From assembly GCA_964420075.1 (NCBI GenBank), contig CAYQRE010000022.1, forward strand, positions 5,825 through 69,824: 64,000 nucleotides of DNA. The letters run 5' to 3'. The notes below the pieces were generated by a model. The model was not told the origin of the DNA. It saw only the letters and a list, made by a program, of their open reading frames with translations, and did no database searches. Shown piece after piece: positions 18,646 to 27,836 of the stretch (positions are counted from its first letter, which is position 1; every line of letters starts with the position of its first letter). Made by a program: the position numbers and the translations under genes. The stretch comes from an uncultured Thermoanaerobaculia bacterium (GTDB lineage Bacteria; Acidobacteriota; Thermoanaerobaculia; Multivoradales; SZUA-115).

Positions 18646-21600
18646 GTGTTCGGCCGCCTCGTCGAGCTCAGCCTGCGCCGGCCTCTGACCGTCGCCCTCC
18701 TCGCCGGCCTCGGCCTCGTCTTCGGGGCTCGCGAGGCGCTGCGCGCGCCCCTCGACGTGCTCCCCGAGTTCGTGCCGCCGCAGGTCTCGATCCAGACCGA
18801 GGCGCCAGGCCTCTCGTCGCAGCAGGTGGAGGAGCTGGTGACGCGCCCCGTCGAGGCGGCGGTCAACGGCGCGCCCGGCCTCGACTCCCTGCGCTCGGAG
18901 TCGATCCCCGGCCTCTCGGTGGTCAACCTCGGCTTCTCGCCCTCGGCCGACGTGCACGCCGCCCGCCAAGGAGTGGCGGAGCGCCTGGCGACGGTCGCCG
19001 GCAACCTACCGGTCGGCGTCGGTACGCCCAAGCTCTCGCCGCTGACCTCGAGCACGATGGACCTGCTCAAGGTGGGGCTGGTGTCGAAGACCCTCGATCC
19101 CTTTGCCTTGCGCGACGTGGCCGACTGGGAGCTGCGGCCCCGCCTGCTCGCGGTGCCCGGCGTGGCGCGGATCACGGTCTTCGGCGGCGAGGGGCGGCAG
19201 CTGCAGGTGCGCCCGCGGCCGGAGCGCCTGGCAGCCTACGGCCTCACTCTCGCCGATCTCGCCGCCGCCGCCCGCGGTGCCCTCGCCCTCGAAGGGGCCG
19301 GCTTCGTCGACCTCGCCGCCCAGCAGGTGGTGATCGAGACGCCAACACCGCGAGTCGATCCAGCCGCCCTGGCCGCTTCCGTCGTCGCCGTGCGCGGTGG
19401 TGGCAGCGTTCGCCTGGGCGAGGTCGCCACGGTGGAGCTGGGGGCGGCCCTCAAGGCCGGCGACGCCCGCATCCAGGGCCAGCCGGGGGTGCTGCTGACG
19501 ATGTCCGGGCAGTTCGGCGCCAACACCCTCGCCACCACCCGCGCCATCGAGGCGGCGCTCGCCGAGATGGGACCGTCGCTCGCCGCCCGCGGTATCGAGG
19601 TCTACCCGGCGCTGCACCGGCCGGCGAACTTCATCGAGCGCGCTCTCGACAGCCTCGGTCATGCCCTCGCCCTGGGCGCCGTGCTGATCCTCCTCGTCCT
19701 CCTCCTCTTCCTGCGCGACCCGCGGACGGCGTTCATCTCCTTCCTCACCATCCCGCTGTCGCTGCTTGCTGCCGTGGCCGTGCTCGACGGCCTCGGTGAG
19801 ACCCTCAACACGATGGCGCTCGGCGGCTTCGCCGTCGCCCTCGGCGTGCTGGTCGACGACGCCATCATCGACATCGAGAACATCGTCCGCCGGCTGCGCG
19901 AGAACGCCCAGCTGCCGGCACCACGGCCGCGGCTCGCCGTGATGCGCGACGCCTCGCTCGAGATCCGCGGCTCGGTGCTCTACGCCACGGTCGTCGTCCT
20001 GCTCGTCTTCCTGCCGGTGCTCCTCGCGGCCGGCGTCCAGGGCCGCTTCCTGCGCCCCCTGGCCCTCGCCTTCGGCCTCGGCGTGCTGGCCTCGCTGCTG
20101 GTGGCCTTCACGGTGACACCGGCCCTCTGCGCACTCCTGCTGCCGGCGGCCGGTGAGCACCGCCAGCCGCGCTGGATCGCTGCCCTGGCCCGTCTGCAGG
20201 ACCGCGCCCTGGGTTGGGTGGAGCGCCACTTCGCGGCCAGCGTGGCCCTTCTCCTGCTGCTCCTGGCGGGCGCCGCCGCCTGGCTGCCCTTCCTCGGCAG
20301 CGAGCTGATGCCGGCCTTCCGCGAGGGCCACTTCGTGCTTCAGGTGTCGAGCCGCGCCCCCGGTACCTCGCTCGCCGAGATGCTCGCCCTGGGCGAGCGG
20401 GTGAGCCGCGACGTCCTGGCCCTGCCGTTCATCGCCACCATCGAGCAGCAGGTTGGCCGGGCCGAGCTGGGGGAAGACACCTGGGGCCCCCACCGCAGCG
20501 AGTTCCACGTCGAGCTCAAGGCGGACGCCACGGTCGACGAGCGCGCTGCGCAGGAAGCGCTGCGCCAGGTGCTCGCCGCCTACCCGGCGGCGCGCAGCGA
20601 GGTGATGACCTTCCTCGGCGACCGCATCAGCGAAAGCCTCACGGGCGAGATGGCACAGGTGGTGATCAACCTCTTCGGCGACCGCCTCGACGACCTCGAC
20701 CGCGCCGGCCAAGCGGTGGCGGCGGCGATCGCCGGCACGCCGGGCGTCGTCGAGCTACAGCTCAAGCGCGAGAGCGGCGCGCCGTCGGTGGCCGTGGAGC
20801 TCGACCGTGAGGCCCTGGCGGCCTACGGCGTGCGCAGCGAGGAGGTGCTGCAGGCGGTGGCCACGGCCTACGCCGGACAGTCGCTGGGCGAGGCCTACGA
20901 CGGCGCCCGCACGGTCGAGGTGGTGCTCGTCCAGCCACCCGAGGTCCGCAGCAGCCTCGCTGCCCTCGCCGCCCTCCCCGTCGACACCCCCGGCGGGCCC
21001 GTCGCCCTCGGCAAGCTGGCGCGGCTCGAGCCCCGCGACGGCCGCTTTACCATCCAGCACGAGGGGGGCCGGCGGCGGGTGGCAGTGACCTTCAACGTCG
21101 AAGACCGCTCCCTGCAGGCGACGGTCGGCGAAGTGCAGCGCCGCATCGCCAGCCGGGTGCGGCTGCCGGCCGGCGTCGTCCTCGCCTTTGCCGGCGAGGC
21201 GGAGGCCGAGCGGCAGACCCGCCAGCAGCTGCTGCTCGACTCGGCCCTCGCCGCGGCGCTGATCGCCCTCGTGCTGGCCCTCGCCTTCCGCCGCCGGCGC
21301 TTTCCCTGGCTGGTGATGGCGGGCGGCCCGTTCTGCCTGCTGGGGAGCATCTTCGCTATCGGTCTCTCGGGGGTCGGCCTGTCGCTGGGCGCCCTCGTCG
21401 GCCTGGTGACGGTGTTCGGCGTCGGCGCCCGCAACTCGATCCTGCTGCTCGCCCACTACGAGCACCTGCTCGATCACGAGGGGGCCAGCTGGAGCCGCGA
21501 GACCCTGCGGCGGGGTGCCCGCGAGCGGCTGGTGCCGATCCTCATGACGGCCCTGGTGACCGCCCTCGGCCTGGTGCCGCTGGCCCTCGGCCTGCACCGG

Positions 21601-21750
21601 CCGGGCCACGAGATCGAGGGGCCGATGGCCCTGGTGGTGCTGGGTGGCCTGTTGACCTCGACGCTCCTCAACCTGCTGCTGATGCCCGAGGTGGTCTGGC
21701 GTTGGGGCGGCGCCGGTGCGGCGCTCCCGCGCGGCGAAGGCGAGGCCTGA
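18646..21750 (+). CDS. efflux RND transporter permease, CzcA/CusA (heavy-metal efflux) family
   Basis: GTG start after GAGGAGGA. 1034 aa with 12 TM helices and two large periplasmic loops. N-terminus MFGRLVELSLRRPLTVALLAGLGLVFG is typical of HME-RND pumps. Confidence 0.85.
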   Translation: MFGRLVELSLRRPLTVALLAGLGLVFGAREALRAPLDVLPEFVPPQVSIQTEAPGLSSQQVEELVTRPVEAAVNGAPGLDSLRSESIPGLSVVNLGFSPSADVHAARQGVAERLATVAGNLPVGVGTPKLSPLTSSTMDLLKVGLVSKTLDPFALRDVADWELRPRLLAVPGVARITVFGGEGRQLQVRPRPERLAAYGLTLADLAAAARGALALEGAGFVDLAAQQVVIETPTPRVDPAALAASVVAVRGGGSVRLGEVATVELGAALKAGDARIQGQPGVLLTMSGQFGANTLATTRAIEAALAEMGPSLAARGIEVYPALHRPANFIERALDSLGHALALGAVLILLVLLLFLRDPRTAFISFLTIPLSLLAAVAVLDGLGETLNTMALGGFAVALGVLVDDAIIDIENIVRRLRENAQLPAPRPRLAVMRDASLEIRGSVLYATVVVLLVFLPVLLAAGVQGRFLRPLALAFGLGVLASLLVAFTVTPALCALLLPAAGEHRQPRWIAALARLQDRALGWVERHFAASVALLLLLLAGAAAWLPFLGSELMPAFREGHFVLQVSSRAPGTSLAEMLALGERVSRDVLALPFIATIEQQVGRAELGEDTWGPHRSEFHVELKADATVDERAAQEALRQVLAAYPAARSEVMTFLGDRISESLTGEMAQVVINLFGDRLDDLDRAGQAVAAAIAGTPGVVELQLKRESGAPSVAVELDREALAAYGVRSEEVLQAVATAYAGQSLGEAYDGARTVEVVLVQPPEVRSSLAALAALPVDTPGGPVALGKLARLEPRDGRFTIQHEGGRRRVAVTFNVEDRSLQATVGEVQRRIASRVRLPAGVVLAFAGEAEAERQTRQQLLLDSALAAALIALVLALAFRRRRFPWLVMAGGPFCLLGSIFAIGLSGVGLSLGALVGLVTVFGVGARNSILLLAHYEHLLDHEGASWSRETLRRGARERLVPILMTALVTALGLVPLALGLHRPGHEIEGPMALVVLGGLLTSTLLNLLLMPEVVWRWGGAGAALPRGEGEA

Positions 21751-21773
21751 AGGCGGGCGCCGCCCGTGCTGGC

Positions 21774-22463
21774 TCAGCCGGCCGCGGGGACGACCTCGCT
21801 CCTCAAGCCCTCGCCGAAGCCCTTGGCGAGGAGCCAGATCGCCATCGCGAGGTGGCAGAGCCCGAGAGGCGCCAGAAGGGGAAAGAGCACCGGCAGGCCG
21901 AAGAAGGGCCGGGCGATCGCCACCAGCATCAGCACGGCGGCGGCGAGGCCGCAGCCGGCGAGCAGCCGCGGCACGAGGCGGAAGCGGAAGAGCGCGGCGT
22001 ACAGCAGGAAAGTCACCGCGGCGTCAGCGATGCGCCCGAGATAGTGCGCCCAGTTGCGGGCCGCGGCGACGATCACCCGCACCGCTTCGAGGTGCTCGCG
22101 GCCACCGGCCGTGGCCTTGGCGTACTCGCTGCTCACCGAGATCATCGACATCACGCCGGCGGCCTCCGCAACGGCGACCCCGAGGGTGACGGTGGCCAGG
22201 GCGACGAGCCAGACGGCGAGGGCCCGCGAGCGGGGGAGGAGCACACCGAGGGCCGCGATCGCCATGCCCAGCCAGAGCGCCTCGAGGCCGAGACCAAGGA
22301 GGGCGCCAGCGGCGATCTGCCAGGGATGGCCGGCGGCAGCGGCGAGGTAGCCGGGAGTGCCGAAGAGCGGGCCTTCGAGGACGAAGTTCACCAGCGGGCT
22401 CCCCACGACCTGGACCAAGATCAAGGCACCAACGATGCGGCCTGCCCGCTTCGCCTCGTCCAT
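21774..22463 (-). CDS. DUF4386-like integral membrane protein (paralog of 7087..7788)
   Basis: Multi-TM protein with C-terminal …AIWLLAKGF, paralogous to the plus-strand DUF4386-like gene at 7087. Confidence 0.6.
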   Translation of the reverse strand: MDEAKRAGRIVGALILVQVVGSPLVNFVLEGPLFGTPGYLAAAAGHPWQIAAGALLGLGLEALWLGMAIAALGVLLPRSRALAVWLVALATVTLGVAVAEAAGVMSMISVSSEYAKATAGGREHLEAVRVIVAAARNWAHYLGRIADAAVTFLLYAALFRFRLVPRLLAGCGLAAAVLMLVAIARPFFGLPVLFPLLAPLGLCHLAMAIWLLAKGFGEGLRSEVVPAAG

Positions 22464-22591
22464 CTTCTGCTCCTTGCGTCAGCGGTCGGCGGACGACCGC
22501 TGGTCGGGTGAGTTCTCTAGAATCGGCTCCAGGGCCGAGGATGCAGAGGTTGCTCTCTCTCAAGACGCCGCAGCCGGGGCGAGATTGCAGC

Positions 22592-23551
22592 TCAGCTGCC
22601 GCAGAGCGACCGCAATCGCTCGGCCGGGCCGCGGAGGACGTTGTCGAGATAGTAGTCGGCGAGGCCGCGGGCGAGCGCCTGGTCACCGCCGGGAACCAGC
22701 GGGCCGGCGTCGTGCAGCCAGCCGTCGATGCACTCGGCCTTGGGGCGCGCCGCGGCCGCGCAGTCCAGCAGGTTGCCGAAGGCCGTGCGGTACCGCTCGA
22801 AGCCGGCGCGGTCGAGCGGTGCCCCGTGGCCGGGGACGAGGGTCTTGAACTCCGCCGCCGCGAGGTGCCCCAGGCCATCGCGCCAGCGCGCCGGGCAGGC
22901 GGTGTCGAAAAGCGGGAAGGGCAGGGTGACGAGGTCGCCGGCGATGACGATGCCGCTCGCCGTATCGCGCAGCCAGAGGTCGCCGGCGGTCACGGCGTAG
23001 CTCTCCAGGTGGATTTCGAGCTCACGGCCGGCGAGCGTCCGGCTGCCCGAGGCCGTCACCACCTCGTCCGGCCGCAGGGCGGCGGCCGCGTCCAGGATGG
23101 TGAGCTCGCCGCGGTACGGCGCCGCTTCTTCGGGCGTCTTCGCCGCGGCCACCAGCGCTTCGAGCTGCCGGCGGTAGTTGGCGAGGAACCCATTCAGGGC
23201 ACCTTCGATGGCGCTGCTCGCCAGCACCTTCAGCTGAGGGTACTCCTGGCGCAGCCGTGGGTTGCCGCCCACGTGGTCGAGGTGCCAATGGGTGTTGATC
23301 AGCACGGCGATCGGCAGCTGGGCGGCGTGCGCAGCGTCGAGGATCGCCTGGCTGTGCTCGGCGTGACGACCGCTGTCGACCACCACGAGCCCGCTCGTGC
23401 CGCGCAGGACCACGCTGTTGCCGTCTGGCTGCGTGCCGGCCACGAAGCTGCCGGCAATCAGCTCGACGCCTGGCGCCAGCGTCACCGGCGCTGCCTGTGC
23501 GGCCGAGGCGAAGAGCAACGTCGCGGCAACGACCCAACCTGAACGGACCAT
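22592..23551 (-). CDS. MBL-fold metallo-hydrolase, secreted
   Basis: GAGGAGG RBS. Signal peptide (MVRSGWVVAATLLFASAAQA). HxHxDH metal-binding motif (INTHWHLDHVGGN). Confidence 0.75.
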   Translation of the reverse strand: MVRSGWVVAATLLFASAAQAAPVTLAPGVELIAGSFVAGTQPDGNSVVLRGTSGLVVVDSGRHAEHSQAILDAAHAAQLPIAVLINTHWHLDHVGGNPRLRQEYPQLKVLASSAIEGALNGFLANYRRQLEALVAAAKTPEEAAPYRGELTILDAAAALRPDEVVTASGSRTLAGRELEIHLESYAVTAGDLWLRDTASGIVIAGDLVTLPFPLFDTACPARWRDGLGHLAAAEFKTLVPGHGAPLDRAGFERYRTAFGNLLDCAAAARPKAECIDGWLHDAGPLVPGGDQALARGLADYYLDNVLRGPAERLRSLCGS

Positions 23552-23662
23552 CGGCTTCCTCCTCGAAACGACCTGAGGCCTCCTGCCGGGTCGGCATCGG
23601 GCGGTACCTCGGCGTCTCCCTGACGGAAGTACGGTTCGCCTGGGTAGGGGTTCTGGGGTCTC

Positions 23663-23735
23663 CGCCCCCGCCCCGGGTTTCCACCCCCGCCCCGGGTTTC
23701 CACCCCCGCCCCGGGTTTCCACCCGGGGCCATGGG
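23663..23735. repeat. 19-bp tandem direct repeat, about 3.5 copies (ccacccccgccccgggttt)
   Basis: Read directly from the sequence: the unit is repeated head-to-tail three times, then a partial copy. It lies in the intergenic region upstream of the MBL hydrolase gene. Confidence 0.8.
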
Positions 23736-23834
23736 TAGGGCTCACGCGGGCCAGCGCGGGACAGCGCGGCGGTAGGGACGGTGGTGGAGAAGGCGTTGAG
23801 GCCGCGGTGGGACGGGTGTGGATGGGGCGAGAGC

Positions 23835-24500
23835 CTAGTTTGGCTTGCCGAGCTGGATCGCCAGGCCGAGGCGGACGGCGGTGAGCGCGCTCGCGAGGGA
23901 GATCTTGGCCGGGTCGTCGGCGAGGTGGCCGTCGTAGGAGGTGTCGAGGCGCATCGCCGCGGCGAAGAAGGCGATGCGGGGCGCGAGCGGAAGGTCCACC
24001 CCAGCTTCCACGAGCCAGCCGAAGGCGTCGTCGCTGCGCACCCGCTGGCCACTGAAGAACTGCAAGTCCCCCCAGCGCGTGGCGGCGGCGCCCAGGGCCA
24101 GGTAGGGGGAGAGGCGGCCTGCGGGCAGCGGATGCCAGCTCACGGCAGCGAAGGGCGCGGTGAGCTCGAGACGGTCGTCGGAGGTCTGGCGGCTGCCGGC
24201 GACCTCGATGGTGAGGGTGATGGGCAGGCGGCTGTGGAGGACGCCGGCCGCGAGGCCACAGTGTGGCGTGAGGCGCCAGGCGAGGCTCCCGGCGAGCCCG
24301 CTCGCGCCGTCGAGGTTGGCAGTGGTGCGGCCACCGCCGGGAAGTTCGCGCGCCCAGCGGGCGCCGGTGTCGACGTGGGCCGGGGCCAGGCGCAGGCTCC
24401 AGCCCTCGGCGGCCCGGGCCGGCGGCGCGCCGAGGGTGAGTCCGAGGACAGTGAGGCTGAGGGCGGTGGCGAGCAGGGTTGGGTGGCTTCTCGGTCGCAT
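23835..24500 (-). CDS. hypothetical secreted protein (possible small outer-membrane beta-barrel)
   Basis: Signal peptide (LLATALSLTVLGLTLGAPPARA). Alternating hydrophobic beta-strand pattern. No family assigned. Confidence 0.5.
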   Translation of the reverse strand: MRPRSHPTLLATALSLTVLGLTLGAPPARAAEGWSLRLAPAHVDTGARWARELPGGGRTTANLDGASGLAGSLAWRLTPHCGLAAGVLHSRLPITLTIEVAGSRQTSDDRLELTAPFAAVSWHPLPAGRLSPYLALGAAATRWGDLQFFSGQRVRSDDAFGWLVEAGVDLPLAPRIAFFAAAMRLDTSYDGHLADDPAKISLASALTAVRLGLAIQLGKPN

Positions 24501-24504
24501 GGTC

Positions 24505-26844
24505 TTAGCGGAGCCTCCAGGTGAGTCCGAAGGATGGGATGCGTGGCAGCCGGCCTACGAGCTTGGCCGCGAGGGTCGCGCTGCCATCCGGCTGCGGGAC
24601 GACTGCGAACTCGTCGACGCAGCAGGGGTTCTCCCGGTTGAAGAGGTTGAAGACGTCGAAGAAGACCTCCAGGTTGCCGCGCGCGGTGGGCACGCTGCGG
24701 CTGAGGCGGAGGTCCCAGCGGCTGTAGGTGGCGAGCCGCTCGCCATTGCGGGGCCCGCGGACGGCGGCGAGGCGAGGGGCGCCGTCCGGGTCGGGCTGGC
24801 TCGCCAGCTCGAGGCGCGTGGTGGGCCAGCCGCTGTGGAGCGTCGCGGCGAGGTGAACGCGCCAGGCCTGGCGCGGCTGGAGGTCGAGCTCGGCGACCAG
24901 CGCGTGCGGCTGGTCCCAGGCCCGCGGCACCCAGCGGCCGTCGACGCGGTCCTCGGCCCTGGCGTAGGAGTAGCCCAGGGACCAGAGCAGCCTGCCGCGC
25001 TGGCGGCGGAGGAGCAGGTCGATGCCCTGGGCGCGGCCCCGCTGCGGCGCGATGCGCACGCGGTCGGCGCCGAGGCCGGGGAAGAGGTCGAGGGGGTCGA
25101 AGAGGTTCTCATAGCGCGGGCGCAGCCGGCTCAGCCGTTGGTCGTAGGCGGTGAGGCGCAGCGCCAGCGTGCCCGGGAAGCGGTGGTCGAGCGACAGCAG
25201 CCGCTGTTCGGCCCGCTCGGCCGGGTAGACGGCGAGGTCGCCGTCCTCGATCGCCAGCTCGTCGACGCCCTGCGCCTGGTGGTAGAGGCCCCAGGCGGCG
25301 CGCAACGTGGTCGCTTCGCCGAGGGCGTGGGCGAGGCCGAGCCGGGGGCTCCACTGCGCTTCGCCCGTGGCGCTCTGGCGGTCCCAGCGCAGGCCCATCT
25401 CCAGCGTGCTCCGCGCCCCGAGCCCGTAACGCTCGACGACGAAGGCGCCGGCGTCGCCCTCCCGTCGTGCCACCTGGGCGGCGAAGGGCATGTAGCGGGG
25501 TGGTGCGAAGGCGTCCACCTCCTCGTTGCGCACGTGGGCGTGGTCGTAGTCGGCCTGGAAGCGACGCACGGTGAGCCCGGCCGTGGTCTCGGCTCGCGCT
25601 CCCGTGAAGCCAAGGCCGAGGGCCAGGGACTGCGTGTCGCTGTCGCGGCGGTCGAGCTCGTGCGAGGCCCCGCGGTCGATGAAGCCGCGGCGCCGCCGCC
25701 CGGCGTGCGAGGCGGCGAGCTGGACACGGGTCGAGAGCGCGAGGCCCCATTGGCTGTCCAGGCTGAGCCAGCTGGAGAGCCCGGTCTGGCGGCCGCTGAG
25801 GAAGTCCTCGTCGCCGTCTGCGAAGCGCTCGCGGTCCTCGAAAACCAGGCCGTGCGCCGAGAACAGGCTGCGCTCGCCGGCAAGGTACGTCCACTTGGCG
25901 TAGAGGTCGCCGTAGGACGGGCGCAGCTTGCCGTCGAAGTCGACGCTGCCGAACCACCACTCGAGGTTGCTGCGGCGGGCCGCGACGAGCCAGCTGCCGC
26001 CGTCGGGCTGGCGGCCACCGGCGAGGGCCTGGGTGGAGAACAGCGAGAGGCCGGCGATCCACAGCCGCTCGGCCGGCGAGCGGGTGGTGACGTCGACGTA
26101 GCCGGCCAGCTGGTTGCCCTCGGCGGCGGAGAAGCCGCCGGCCACCAGGTCCAGCCGCTGCACAGCCTCCGGGGCAACGACGCTGAACAGCCCTTGCAAG
26201 CCTTCGAGGTGGTAGGGCGCGGCGATCTCCTGGCCATCGAGGCGGAAGCCCACCTGGCGCGGGGTGCTGCCGTGGAGGTGGAGGCGGGAGGCGGTGTCGG
26301 TCGCCGCCACGCCGGGCACCCGGTGCAGCAAGCGCATCGGCTCGTCGCCCACGTGGGGGAGGGCGGCCACGTCCTCGGCGCTCCAGCCCAGCCGGTCCTC
26401 ACCGCCGGCGCCGCCGAAGCGGGTCTGCTGCGGCGTCACCACGATGGCGTCGAAGGTGCGGCCAGCGGGCTCGCTGGCAGTGTCCGCAGCCGGGGGTTGC
26501 CGGGCGCCCGGGCCGGCGGGGTTTGCCGTCCGCGGGGTCGCCGGGCGCTCGGGGGCCCGCACCACCAGCCAGCCGCCCCCAGGCCCGCGGCGGGCGGCGA
26601 GGCCGTGGGGCGCGAGCAGCTGGCGGAGCTGCGCCACGGGGTCGCCCCCCGCCGGTTCGCCCCCATCTGGCTCGCGCTCGACCACCATCTCCGGGCGCAC
26701 CAGCTCCTCGCTCCAGAGCACCTGCAGGCCCGCCCGCACCAGCTCGCGGAGGGCCGCGGCGAGGCTGCACTGCGGCGCGCCGGCGGCGCTCCAGGCACAG
26801 CCGGCGGCGAGCAGGGCGAGCGCCGCCGCCCGGCCCGCTCTCAT
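24505..26844 (-). CDS. TonB-dependent receptor with N-terminal signalling (STN) extension (FecA-type transducer)
   Basis: N-terminal STN-like domain, then a plug domain (…DGQEIAAPYHLEGLQGLFSV…) and a long beta-barrel. It is coupled to the FecR-like gene by an ATGA overlap. Confidence 0.75.
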   Translation of the reverse strand: MRAGRAAALALLAAGCAWSAAGAPQCSLAAALRELVRAGLQVLWSEELVRPEMVVEREPDGGEPAGGDPVAQLRQLLAPHGLAARRGPGGGWLVVRAPERPATPRTANPAGPGARQPPAADTASEPAGRTFDAIVVTPQQTRFGGAGGEDRLGWSAEDVAALPHVGDEPMRLLHRVPGVAATDTASRLHLHGSTPRQVGFRLDGQEIAAPYHLEGLQGLFSVVAPEAVQRLDLVAGGFSAAEGNQLAGYVDVTTRSPAERLWIAGLSLFSTQALAGGRQPDGGSWLVAARRSNLEWWFGSVDFDGKLRPSYGDLYAKWTYLAGERSLFSAHGLVFEDRERFADGDEDFLSGRQTGLSSWLSLDSQWGLALSTRVQLAASHAGRRRRGFIDRGASHELDRRDSDTQSLALGLGFTGARAETTAGLTVRRFQADYDHAHVRNEEVDAFAPPRYMPFAAQVARREGDAGAFVVERYGLGARSTLEMGLRWDRQSATGEAQWSPRLGLAHALGEATTLRAAWGLYHQAQGVDELAIEDGDLAVYPAERAEQRLLSLDHRFPGTLALRLTAYDQRLSRLRPRYENLFDPLDLFPGLGADRVRIAPQRGRAQGIDLLLRRQRGRLLWSLGYSYARAEDRVDGRWVPRAWDQPHALVAELDLQPRQAWRVHLAATLHSGWPTTRLELASQPDPDGAPRLAAVRGPRNGERLATYSRWDLRLSRSVPTARGNLEVFFDVFNLFNRENPCCVDEFAVVPQPDGSATLAAKLVGRLPRIPSFGLTWRLR

Positions 26845-27836
26845 CTGCCCGCCTCGCTGGCGAACCAGGCGCCGCCCGTCGGCTTGACCTCGACGCCGCA
26901 GGTGGCGAGCACGGCCGCCAACAGCTCCGAGGGGCTGGCCTCGGGCGCCGTGCCGTGCAGGCGGATGGACTCCGCGCGAGCGGCGAGGGCGGCCGAGAGC
27001 TCCACCCGCTGGCCGCTCTCGCGCTCGAACCAGGCGAGGAAGCTCGCCAGGCTGGCGCCTTCCAGCGGGAAGCGCGGCGCGGCCTCCCAGGCCCAGCGCC
27101 AGGCTGGATCGGCGGCGGTGAGGGGGGCCGTGCGACGGTCGCCAGCGGCCGTCCAGGCGAGCTCGAAGCCGGCGCCGACCCGCTCGCTCCGGCGCCTGCT
27201 AGTGAGCTCGACGGACCCTTCCCGTACCCGCAGCAGCAGGCCATCCCCGTCGAGGCGTGCCTCGAACTGCGTCCCCTCCTCTCGCACCTCTCCCCACGGA
27301 GTCACGACGACGAAGCCCGCCGGCCCTCCCGGTTTGGTGTCGACGAAGAGCGCACCAGCCAGCAGCTGCACCCGGTCCTCGCTCTCGAAGCGCAGGCGGC
27401 TGCCGTGGTCGAGGCGGAGAGACCGCTTGCCCAAGGCGAGGGCCAGGCGGCCGGTGCCGGAGGTCGCGAGCAGGGCACCCGGCCGCACGGCATCCCCCTC
27501 GGCGAGGGGCACGCCGTCGGCCGTGGCGCCGTCGCCGACGAGTCGCGCGACGGTGGCGAGCCCCGGCGTGGCGAGTGACGCCGACCGCGGCGCCGTTGCT
27601 CTCGGCCCCTCTGCCTGGTACGCCAGCCAACCGAGGATGAGGAGGAGCGAGGCCGCCAGGGCCGCGCCGATGGCGAGGAAGCGCTGCCGCCGCCGGCGCG
27701 CCAGGCTCGCTTGCCAGGCCGCGTGCACGCCCCGGCGAGAGCGCTCCACCCGCCACGCAGCGGGAGTGCGCGGCTCGCCCGCCAGGCGGATGAGGCGGCC
27801 GACGGCGTCGTCGCGGTGGGACGGATCCTGGTTCAT
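26841..27836 (-). CDS. FecR-family anti-sigma factor / transmembrane sensor
   Basis: ATG overlaps the sigma-factor stop. Single TM segment (FLAIGAALAASLLLILGWLAY). FecR-domain periplasmic region. Confidence 0.8.
   Translation of the reverse strand: MNQDPSHRDDAVGRLIRLAGEPRTPAAWRVERSRRGVHAAWQASLARRRRQRFLAIGAALAASLLLILGWLAYQAEGPRATAPRSASLATPGLATVARLVGDGATADGVPLAEGDAVRPGALLATSGTGRLALALGKRSLRLDHGSRLRFESEDRVQLLAGALFVDTKPGGPAGFVVVTPWGEVREEGTQFEARLDGDGLLLRVREGSVELTSRRRSERVGAGFELAWTAAGDRRTAPLTAADPAWRWAWEAAPRFPLEGASLASFLAWFERESGQRVELSAALAARAESIRLHGTAPEASPSELLAAVLATCGVEVKPTGGAWFASEAGR

Noticed and set aside
19006-20712. 568-aa minus-strand ORF inside the RND pump gene
   Set aside because: Antisense to a 12-TM RND permease with an unmistakable signature. 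Low-complexity product.
23663-23735. Possible CRISPR array
   Set aside because: Only about 3.5 directly abutting 19-bp units with no spacers and no cas genes nearby. It is a simple tandem repeat.
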